Positions 27,248-37,626 of a stretch of DNA of 64,000 bases are shown here, piece after piece. The notes under the pieces are model-generated. The model was not told the origin of the DNA and searched no databases. It saw only the letters and a list, made by a program, of their open reading frames with translations. The DNA comes from Zygnema circumcarinatum SAG 698-1b (Eukaryota; Plantae; Zygnematophyceae): positions 4,712,001 to 4,776,000 of the forward strand of contig CM074806.1 in NCBI GenBank assembly GCA_037447605.1. The letters are read 5' to 3'. A program made the translations under genes and the position numbers. Within the stretch, counting starts at the first letter, position 1; every line of letters begins with the position of its first letter.

Positions 27248-28174
27248 AAGCCTTTAAGCACTTTTTACTTTCAATTTGGACTCCACGTGGCGCCACCTTC
27301 GGCCAATAAGATTTTGACACGTCAGCAATGTGCCCGAACTCGGAGATCCGATTGGATATTCGCTAGGGAGCGTCCGTAATGAAAATCCATCCGTGGGCTG
27401 TCCCTGTATCCAGTCTTCATCGAGGGTACCCCGTGAATTGGGCGCCACTGCCTGCCACGTGGAATCGTATTCTGACGTGGCAGGCTATGAGTGGCCAAAT
27501 CTTCAAAAAGGGCTGTGTCCCTAATGGTGGCGTGGACGGGAAATGTAGTCGGCCCGCCTTTGTAGGGGGCGTCAGACTTGAAAAAGTTGTTCGTAAGTTT
27601 GATACTAGAACGAGTACTTCGGTGAAATAGCGATCTTGTTGCGGCGGAGTACTGTATTTCCGAAACTTTCTTGTTGCTGCTCTGTGTCAGAAATATTCCC
27701 CCCTACTACCAATCATTAGGTTGAAAAATCTTTCACATAACAGGCCGAAGCTGACACACTTTTTATGAAATAAAGGAGCGCTGCCTTTTTGCTCAAGCCA
27801 TGCTGACAAAGCAAGCAAGAATTGCTATACGTGAATGCTCCGTCTTTTGCTGTGAAAGTACCTATGGTGCTGGTCATATTTGCTCACCAGAAGCTTATGT
27901 AGAAGCGCCTGCCGCAGGTTCAGTAATTTTAGCACCATTGTAAGTAAAGAAAAGGAAGTGGCATTGATCTCACGATGGCGGGGCCATCATTGTAAGTGCC
28001 TTTTGTGCTATGATTTCTTAGGGTATGCGAAGGTGACCAAAGGTCATGGCGCTCTGCGGTTGGCGCTCGACGCTCGGCGCTTGCCTCCCACTCTCCTCCC
28101 ACTTTAATAGCGAAGCTCCGTCCATGGCGGAATATTAGGGTTTCGTTTCTGCTGCAGCTGTCCAGGCGCCTGCG

Positions 28175-31100
28175 ATGGATGCTCCTCCACCTCTGTGCAC
28201 GAAAGCGCCGGCTATGAAAAAGGAACCTGTTTCCATGGCGTCCTTGCCTTCTGAGGTGAGGCAGACTGCCACTGGTTTTCAGCTTGTCCATGCTTGCTTT
28301 CTTTTTAATCCATCGAGGGAGGGAGGGGGGGAAGGGGGGAGTGATATTGATGCTTGTAGCTATACAGGCTTCCTTGCTTATCTGCAGGTCTCCTTTTCAG
28401 ACGAAGCTTTTGTAGATTCTCTCTGCATGCAGCGGCTTATTTTGTTGGATTGAAACATTTCTTAGTGCTTTTGACTCGCATACAAGTAAAATATCAGGGC
28501 GGTGGGGTGTTTGTTTCCCTCGTTTGTTTGATACGGGTTACGGGAATGCAAGTGTCTCACTTACAAGTGCATGGTGGCAGTTCACATTCAGAAAACCTGG
28601 TGTATTTGAAGTTATTTATAAAGGCGGAAGTCCATTTTTTTGCGATTTCCCTCTTTTAATTTTCAAGTACGTAAGCTAAGATAGGGATTTAAAGTCCAGA
28701 ATGTGTTAATCCGTCCAGCAATGCAAAATGTGAGCAGATTCAGTGTCATGCATTAGATAAAAGTTAGCATTCGGATCTTTTAAGGTTTGGTCTCAACTTG
28801 GGTGCACGTGGCATGCAGCTTGTGGCACGCATCATTTGGCCCCTTGGTTTCCACAGTTGGGCCCGCCTTGCGTCCACCTCTCATACCTTCAGAGCTGCAG
28901 CTTCAAGGTTGGCGTTCGCGCTCTCTCTCTCTCTCTCGTTATATACCTCCCTCGCTCCGCACTCTTTCTCTCTCCCTCCCTCTCCTCCCCGCCCCCCGTC
29001 ACTCCGCCCCACTGTCCCTCCGCCCTTCTCTCTCTCCTCCCTTGCTTAATGTTGAACACCGCGTTCAGAATCTCAATGCGCTTAGCTGCAGCTTCACGGA
29101 AGGTCGTATTCCAATCCCTAAACCGTAAGAAATGAAAAGCGTGACTTTTGTTCCCTTTCAGACATCGAAGTCATTGCCTTGTGTACAAGGTTGTTCAAAT
29201 TCTTGAGCTATAGCATTCAGCAAAAACAGGGCGAATGTTTTTCCCCTCTAATATAACCACTCAGAGCGCGTCGCTAAGGTTTCTCGAACACGGACGGGCA
29301 ATTGTTCGTCAGTATTACTCTCATTCATGCTGTATAAATAGCGACGGCTACAGGTGCTTCGTTCATTTTTCGCTTATAGTTTATGAGGCAATTATCCATC
29401 TCGAAGTAGATACAGCAGATTTCTCAGACGATGCATTTTATCTCAATCGTGGTTTAAAGTCATCCGTCAGACCCTCCAACTTAAATTGACACAGTCAAAA
29501 TTCTCTTCACAATTTCGACCTCGTCTAGTCTGAGAAAGCATGTATATGTATATATATACATATACATGCATATATGTATGTGTATGTATATGTATGTAGG
29601 GTTGCTCTGGCTTTTTGACCATCTGATCGGAGAAAATTGTGATGAGGATCTCTCACCCATTTGAAGACTTGAAGACTCTGAAGTATGTCTGCCCCTTCCG
29701 TAGAATGATGGTTGTGCTTGGATATTGGGATGGTCTGTGAGCAGTTTACTTGCGGCGTCGCAATTTATCGATTTAAAGAATGCCGGTGCTTTGCTGGATG
29801 GTCCCTGCTTTGCCTCTGTGATTTCTCAACTCGGGTCGTCACTCAGGCGGATGGAGCTGGTAGGGACTCCTCCTTCGTATCCCGCTTTGCTTTGCACTTT
29901 CAATGTTCTAGCCCAACCAGATTCTAAGGTTTTTGTAACTGAACTATTCCATTGCTATAAACGCTGCGCAGACTATTACATGCTGGAGCTCATTTTAAAC
30001 CTAATGCATTGCATCTTGACAGTATTCAGCTGTGGGAGAATTGCGCCTTTTTTTAAGGTTTTAGAAGGAAGGTCACTCAGGGTACTTTTCCTTAATTCGG
30101 GGTCTTCAGGACTGCTGGCATCTTGATGACTCTGTGGCAACTCTTATTCCATCGAGTGTTACTGAGCTTGCGCTCTGTGGAGCAGATCATCACTCAGATG
30201 CACTTCTCTATGGTACTTCTGCAATCTCCTTCACTTTTTGGAATGCTTTGCAATATTCTTTCTTGGAGCTACCCGTTTGAGCATATGAACATTTTTTGCT
30301 GCGAAGGAATGGGATCAGTAAGTGACAACAAAGAAGCACTGAAAGTGTTCGTCCATTTCTCGCCCTCTCCCTGAATTTAGACCCTCACGTAGCGACTGTG
30401 CCTGCAGTTGTTGCATGCAGGTTTGGCTGTCAACTCCAACGCTTTGCCTGGTCTGGTTTTGGCGGAACTGTCAGTGAAGATGGCTTTCTCACATTGGCCC
30501 AAAGCTGCAAAGGGCTCACTTCCTTTGCCCTGGATAGTGGAGAGGCTTTGAACCCGAATTTGGTCGTTAAGGCAGTCGCATCCAGCTGTCCTAATCTTGT
30601 GGAGCTCAGTGCATATGATCTGACACGAGTACGTGCATCACTCGTCACCTATCACACCTGCTTTTGCCGAAGCCTATGCATCAAGAGTCTGCGGACTGTC
30701 AGCCATCTATTTCCTTCCGTAGGTCCTGTGTCGCAAACTCAATTTCTGTGTGGATGGTTTGAAGATGCGTTCGTACCCACTGATGCCTCCGTGCTAGTGT
30801 TTGTTTACTCGTTCTGCAGGAAACTCTTGTCCATGTGAAGAAATGTGATATCCGTTTGAAGGTCTTCAAACACAAGCGACGCCACAGCCATGGACTCCCA
30901 TTGACAGATGTCACTCTTGTGCTCATTGCGGGTATGTGTCCCCAATTGGAGGAGCTCATGCTTACCGACCACACAGATGGAGAAGGATCCGGAGTGAGTC
31001 CCTTCCACATGTGTCCCTCATGGCCGTCTCTGACATGCACAATGCATCCGTAGATTGTCTCCTTTTCATGAGAGGTACTTTAGTTCAGCGGAAGTTATGA

Positions 31101-33278
31101 TTTGCTTCAAGGGTATTTGTGAATGAAGCGACTTTCTGCTACGGAAGTGCTCTGGTTGACATGCGAAGTATTTGACGCTTAACATGATTTACGTCTGGTT
31201 TCTGCTTTCTTACTTTTCTAAGGGGTGACAGGACGTGACAGATGCAGGATTGTTGGTACTGACAGAGCGAGCGGCTACTTTGCGAGTATTGAAACTTAAG
31301 CTCTTCATGCCACAGGCTTCAAGACGCTGCTCAGCAGTTGCAATTATGGAGTGTGAGCACCTTCCTAAGCCTGCACTTTTAAGTCTTCCAGGAAATGACC
31401 CATTGAAAAGTTTCGTTCTTCCTTTACAAGCAGAAAGGTTTCGTGTTTCATATATAGTACGTAATGGGGAGAGAGAAAGAGAAACGGAGAGGGTTGTGAA
31501 GGGGATAGAGATTAATTTTTGATAGAAGGAGGGGAACATGTACAGTGGTAAACGCTTGCACAAAGCTGACTCGTCTCGAACTCTGCAACTTGAAACGTCT
31601 CGCGGATCCCCCGTTCTATGAGATTGTGCAGGTGAGTCACAGATGTTTGTCTAAAGCCTCTCATTTCTAGTATGTCTCGTTTGAATCGAGTAGCCAAGTT
31701 TCCGCAAACCTTCATAAGAGACGAATGCTCTGGCTTACACCACTGTACTATTCTCTCGAATTTCACTCACAGCATTGCAGTGGGCTTATCGAACTATGCG
31801 TAGACGCTGCCCCTATAACCGATACCTCGCTGGAGTTTCTTGTTGCGCATTGCCCGCAACTCAAAAGTCTCTCTATCAAGTACTGCAGAAAGGTAGGTTC
31901 AGAAAGGTGATGTTTTTTTTTTAGTACAATTGAGTAGTGGTCGATGTGGGGCAGGTGTCGCATTTTTTTGAGGGTCTTGAACCTTTCTGATCGCTATGAG
32001 CATGTTGAACTGAAGGATTGGTGGCATATGTGTGCAGCTGACAGAGTACGGTCTCGCAACTCTCGGTCAACTCAGCCAGTTGGAGTCCCTTAACGCAGGG
32101 CAAGCTTCTGGAGTCACTGACATCTCTGCTGCTGCGATTTGCTCCAAGGCTGCCTCATCTCCTCTTACAACACTGGCAAGCGCCATCACCTCACCTCCCC
32201 TTTCCTTACTTGCATTAAGCTTGTCATACACACGCATGCATACGTCGCCTGTCTACGCAAATTCTTCCTGTAGGCGCCTCTGATTTCGACACGTTTCTCC
32301 ACAATCAGACCTTCCATCATAGCTTACCATGAGTGCATTCCATGGAGATATTGCGTGCGCCCTATTCTGACAAACTTCCATGCATGCCTGATTCAGGTCC
32401 TTAACTATGGCCAGCTGTCCGATTCAGCTTTGTCAGCCATAGCCAGTTGCCCAAGAATACAAGAGCTGGCGCTTCACAACTGCCCACGCATCACCAATAA
32501 GGTGTGCCTACTCAACTTGCATATTCGTCACCCACCCCCTTATTCAGCGCAGATCCACGTGTAGTTAAACTTTGCGAAAGCACCCTTGTTCCTCGACATG
32601 CCTAAAGCCCCTGTCTCTTTAACGTTCGGCCCTCCTTGTACCTTAACGCTGAATCGACAGCATCATGCATCACCATTCCTCATCTTGCCTCCTTATACTC
32701 GTGCTTCGCATACTCTTGACAGGGTCTAAGAGCCATTGCAGCCGGCTGCCCTCTCCTTCGCTGTCTCTCAATAAGCGCCTGCGAGTATGTTTCCGATGCT
32801 GGTGTTGTGGCCATTGCATCATCCTGTCCACGCCTTCTTAAGATTCGTCTTGATGGCTGCCGTCTCCTCAGCAACCCGTCGGTCCGCGCGCTCTGCTCTC
32901 CCACTCTGCGGCTCCGTTATCTCAGCATGCAGCAGTGCTCCAAATTGTCGGACGGAGTCTTCTCCTATCTCACTGAGGCTGTGGCCCTTCGCTTTGTAGA
33001 CTTCGCAAGGTGAGGGAGTCTCCTGCTCTTCTGCGTGGACCTTGGAAACCCTAACGACTCCCTTGCCTGCTCCTCTCCCTCTCTTTCCTCTTCACCTACT
33101 GATGCTTAGTTATACCCTTATTTGTGAGTGCAGGGGAAACTTTACTTCCGGAGCGATAGAGGCCTACCACGCCTCGCGGCCGCTAGTGGAACTATGTATT
33201 GATGGACGGCCGTTTCAGTTCTGTTCACCGTTTACGGCGAAGGCATCGCCTGGTTCCAATTTCACCGCCAGAGGCTGA
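28175..33278 (+). CDS. Cys-containing LRR protein (FBXL/AMN1-type); 5' exons unresolved, F-box not confirmed
   Basis: Confident exons include ~29704-29929, ~30420-30630 (LAQSCKGLTSFAL, VASSCPNLVELS), 30821-30990 (IAGMCPQLEELML), ~31235-31314, ~31545-31631, 31772-31892 (VAHCPQLKSLSIKYCRK), 32038-~32148, 32397-32501, 32725-33010 (IASSCPRLLKIRLDGC) and 33134-33278 (stop TGA). The start is either MDAPP..MASLPSE (28175) or ATG 29049/29076. Confidence 0.75.
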
Positions 33279-33585
33279 TGATATGGAATAGGAGAGAAGA
33301 TCCCATGGACAATTTGTTTGGTAAATTTGTAATTTAGGGTTTCCTGTTCAAAGCAACCTCTGAACCTGGATCAAAGTGACTGCAGGCTCACTTCCTGCGT
33401 GGGCTGCGTGCCGTGCAATACTGGTGTGGTTCTCAGTTTGTGGCAGGGTACCTATATGTAGGGTGTAGCTATATGTTGTACATAGGCTTGACTACTCGTC
33501 CTCCTTTTGCACATTCGTACAATACAAATGTAGGATAGAGAATTCCCGCATTCCTTCGTAGTTGCTTGTAGGGAGGGTTGCGTTG

Positions 33586-33721
33586 CTGAGCTTAGGTGTC
33601 GTTTTCCGCTCCTAGCTTTTTTCTTTCGTCTTTAGGTCCTTTGCGAACAGTTGTTCCTCGTGGTTCCCCATGCTGACTTTGTCCATGTACATTTGATGAC
33701 ATCGCCATCGTGAGGTCAATG
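33586..33721 (+). repeat. Dispersed 135-bp repeat, diverged copy B
   Basis: It shares GTTTTCCGCTCCTAGCTT, GGTCCTTTG, CGTGGTTCC, CTTTGTCCATGTACATTTGATG and TCGCCATCG with copies A and C. Identity is roughly 75-80% by eye, with one 3-bp insertion. Confidence 0.85.
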
Positions 33722-33878
33722 TTACATCCTCTGTCATTGTCCCGCATCCACTTTGGGCTAATGGATTTGAAAAATAGTGGCGACCCAATTGTGTTGAATA
33801 GAAGAAGAAAAGATCAAGTTCAACATGACATTCTACATTGTACAATGCAAGGTTGGTGTGTCCATAGTCCTTGCGCCG

Positions 33879-33946
33879 AACAATAACAACAACAACACCA
33901 CCAACACAACAACAACAACAGCAACAACAACAACAACAACAACAAC
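33879..33946. repeat. (CAA)n microsatellite
   Basis: Direct inspection. Confidence 0.95.
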
Positions 33947-34066
33947 CGGTCACCCCCCTGCTGCGCCACTCGCGACTTTCCGTACGACCCTTGGTAGCGA
34001 CCTGTCAGACGGCAAGGAGGCGCGCTATTGGGGGCGCCGCCGGAGTGGTCGGTGGAAAGTCGGTAG

Positions 34067-34085
34067 CCAATCAAAGCTCGCCACG
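34067..34085 (+). promoter_or_regulatory. Exact CCAAT-N9-CCACG composite (ERSE-I-type)
   Basis: Reads CCAAT caaagctcg CCACG(TG). Confidence 0.55.
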
Positions 34086-34237
34086 TGTCCTCCTTTCTCG
34101 TTACCCGCTCGGCGAGCGTCCACGTTCTGTGCACGCGCGCCATGTGGCCGGCACGTGGCGGCATCGGGTGGGCGGACGGCATTGGCTGACCATTCCGCGT
34201 GCGCCACGTGGCATTCCATGGCTAAAAACAGAGCGGA

Positions 34238-34646
34238 CCGTACAAGGCTCCAATGACCTGGGCGAACATTTGTATTTAAATTCTAGTCAAGAATTCTAAG
34301 GGTCAGTCCGTTTACAAACTCTTTTAGAATAGATGGCCAGAAGTACGAGTGTACGGCCTATTGCTTAACTTGTACGGTCAGCACGAGCGTAATTCAAACT
34401 TGGCGGGTTTGTTCAAGCCCAATGGTAGTACGGTCATTTAAAAAGTGTTTTAAAACTCTGAACTTTCAGATATTAGCACGTTCTAATTCTGAAATCTAAA
34501 ACTCTAGAAGTCCCTTGTACGGACAAAGGTACGTCCCTAGCGGACATGCCGAATTTGTCGATTTGCAAGATGCCGATTGTGTGTACGGCAATCTGTACGA
34601 TGGTAGTCTCGCAGGTAGTCCGTACAAGGACTGCAAAGAAATGTAC
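34238..34646. promoter_or_regulatory. GTAC/CCGTAC cluster (SBP-box/CuRE-like) upstream of the MTP gene
   Basis: There are 11 GTAC cores in ~410 bp, 7 of them CCGTAC on either strand. Confidence 0.5.
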
Positions 34647-34918
34647 AAACACCCATTACAGTTTCAAATATTCTCATCGAAAAAAACCGGAACTGCGACA
34701 TAGAAATTTCCATCATCTCTCGGTTCCGGCTGTAGCTCTTATTTTGAAACGGTCAACAAGTCATAGAACTGTCACACTTCACGACAGAGCGTCCTGCGCT
34801 TGTATTACGGCGAACAGTTTAACAGTAAGGCTGTTCTTTGTCCCTCGGCATGTCCACGTCGGAAATCCACGTGTATATTGTTGCCACGTGGTAATCCTTG
34901 ACTGGATGTTATTTGTTA

Positions 34919-34937
34919 CGTGGCGGGTTATGATTGG
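34919..34937 (-). promoter_or_regulatory. Exact CCAAT-N9-CCACG composite ~150 bp upstream of the MTP TATA-like box (TATAAA 35086)
   Basis: Plus strand reads CGTGG cgggttatg ATTGG. Confidence 0.55.
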
Positions 34938-35219
34938 ATGATGGCTGTAATGGGAGCCCCCCCCTCCTCTGAAAGAGGGCTGCAAGGCCCTCCCGAGAGT
35001 GAGGCCCTCCTGGGGGGGGCGCTCTTGCAGGCACAAGGGCGCTGCTTGGGGGAGGCAGAGGGCAGTTAATGTGCGGAGCAGGAGATATAAAGGGAAGCAA
35101 ATGCTGTTTTTCTGCTGATGTTGGAGAGGGCGGTGCGAACCAGCTCAGTTCTGCATGGTACAGTGCCCTGCGGGTCGGCCTGTGAGTGAGAGAAATCACT
35201 CATCGTCCTTGCAGCTGCA

Positions 35220-37626
35220 ATGCCGATCTCTCCGGAGCCGTCTCCGCCCGGATCTTCGTACCATCCCTCTGAAGCACCACCACCATTCTGGGAGGCCTCC
35301 TCGGCGGGCCGGCAGGCGGAGCAGGCCATGGAGGGAACGGCGTCTGAGCCGCTGCTGGGAACGGCGCGGAAACGGAGCTGGACAGAGAATGGAATTGCTT
35401 CCATAGTGCGCACTTTCTCGCAAGGTCCATCTTCGGAGTCGTGGAAGTTTAAATATGACCACTTTATCGACGGAATCCCAGTCCTTGAGGACTCGACTTT
35501 TGGAGCAGGTATGTTGTAATTGCGGCCAAATATTTTTTTTGGCTTGAGTTAGGAACTTTAAAGGTAGTCAAGCTTGAAAGCTCACGCCGCTTCCTCGAAG
35601 TTTGGCACATTGAAGCTGATGAATGGTCGTTCATTTGAGTCGCTTTAATCATCCCAGGCATTGACAAGGCCGTACTTCTTCAGTTGGTTCCTTCTTAGCT
35701 GTATATAATACGGCAGAAGATGCCATCCTGACCACCTTTTTGCAACCCACTAAACCTTACAGTCCTTGTCCAAATTGCAGGCAAGCGCGAGTTTTACAGG
35801 CGGCAAAAGGAAATACTAGAAGGCTATAAGGAAGTGGACAGTCTTGTGGCAATAGGAACCTTTACGGAGGAGGAAGAAGCAGAACAGAGGCAGGTTGTGG
35901 AAGCAGAAGCTCTTGCTGTGACCACCTCCAACTATGTCAACATCTTCCTGCTTGGTGCAAAGGTGCCACCTCCCTTGGCTCCGTTCGCTATTGCTGGATC
36001 CGTGCGGCTGTAAAGCTTTTCTACCATCGTCATAAGTTCACTTTTTTGCCTTTTTAGCCCCAAAAATGTATACATATATGACGCCTGCTTATGCCCATCT
36101 GTGTGCTTCCAGCTCTATTGCTGTTACGCGAGCGCATCTCTTGCCGTCATCGCTTCGACTCTGGACTCGCTGCTGGATCTTTTGGCAGGCTTTGTCCTTT
36201 GGTTCACAGCAATGCACATGTCCAAGGAACAGCCGCTGCACTATCCAATCGGAAAGAAGCTTATGCAGCCTGTGGGGATCGTCGTTTTCGCCGCTATAAT
36301 GGCTACTCTTGGTAAAGACTTCATTTCCATTCTCTTCTCGTGGCATATTCGGATCAATGCCCGTTTCTGCCCAAATGAGCCAACAAAATCTTGCCTAAGC
36401 TGGCAACCTGACTGCGGGAAGAAGCAGGTTTCTTAGGCTTCAGCGCAACCTCTGCTCCATGACACTAAAATTGTTAGCACTGAGTGAGTGAGTGTGATTT
36501 TAAAGGTTTTAGCTCGATGTAGTGTGCTCGTTACTGTTGGTTATTGGCATTGTCTTACTTGAGAGAGTCTGTGCATGGCAGGTCTGCAGGTTCTTGTGGA
36601 GGGAGTGAGGCGATTGGTAATGGGAAGCTCGGGAGACGTCCAATTGACTCTCATTGATCAACTTTGGCTTGGAGGCGTTCTAGGTGGAGCGACCTTAATT
36701 AAGGCTGCATTATATTTCTATTGCAGATCTTTTGATAATGAAATTGTGCAAGCCTATGCGCAGGTGAACCTCATCTTTTCGCTAAACAAACTGGCTTGAA
36801 CAATGGATTTCTTGCAACTCGAGCACTTTGTGTATTGACTGGTACCCCATCTAAATGACAGTGGAAAAAAGTGGATGTCATTTTCACATAACTGACTCAT
36901 GCTCTCTCTGAACTCTCTCTCTCTCGGCAGGATCATATCTTCGATGTTATCACAAATGTAGTTAGTCTCGTCGCAGCTCTGTCAGCCAATTACCTTGGCT
37001 GGTGGCTTGATCCTTGTGGTGCCATTGCTATCTCTGTCTACACCATTGTCAATTGGAGCAAAACTGTGTTTGAGAATGCCAGTAAGTCCTAATCCTTATC
37101 GTCTTTTCAGTGCCGCCATCAATAGCCGAGTTAGATGCTTTCTGCAGCTTGTGTATTCCTTGAATCACAAAATGTGAAATGGCATCTTGAATGCAGTCGG
37201 CCGGTCTTGTGTGGTTTGCAGGCTCGCTAGTGGGGATGGTGGCTCCCCCTGAGTTTATTGGAAAGCTGACATATCTTGTATTCAACCATCATCACTTGAT
37301 TAAACGCATCAACAAAATCCAAGCGTGGACATTCGGGAGTATGTACTGGGTGGAGGTAGGCTCCTCTCCACCACTGCCGGCGCCCACCCTCTGGTCTTCT
37401 GTTTTGACAGATCTTCTCTTTGCCGTTGGGAAGCTTCAAAAGTTGATGGGGCAGCCTCTGATAAGTTTATGTGGTACATGACTACCATGTCTTGCAGATA
37501 GACCTTGAGTTTGATAAGAACATTCTTCTACGCGATGCGCAATTGGTGGGAGACTCCTTGCGTCAGCGTCTTCAGTCACACCCTCAGGTGGAGAGAGCCT
37601 TTGTACAACTTCACTTTGAGACTTGA
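35220..37626 (+). CDS. MTP: Cation diffusion facilitator, Mn-CDF clade (MTP8-11-like metal tolerance protein)
   Basis: Seven exons: 35220-~35508, ~35781-35962, 36112-~36311, 36581-36763, 36931-37082, ~37222-37355 and ~37498-37626. Motifs [23 protein letters not shown] (TM2 DxxxD), [21 protein letters not shown] (TM5 DxxxD), W.DP.GAI and VERAFV. The start ATG is uncertain (35220 or 35328). Confidence 0.93.

Noticed and set aside
27113-27250. 135-bp repeat as an H/ACA or C/D snoRNA (ends in ACAaaa)
   Set aside because: The ACA box is not kept in copy B, the H box is badly placed, and there are no C/D boxes.
27028-27659. AAATACAGTA / TACTGTATTT inverted pair suggesting a Tc1/pogo MITE with TA duplication
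   Set aside because: Only 5 bp (CAGTA) of putative TIR match inside the TA, and a 10-bp inverted match is plausible by chance in a region this size.
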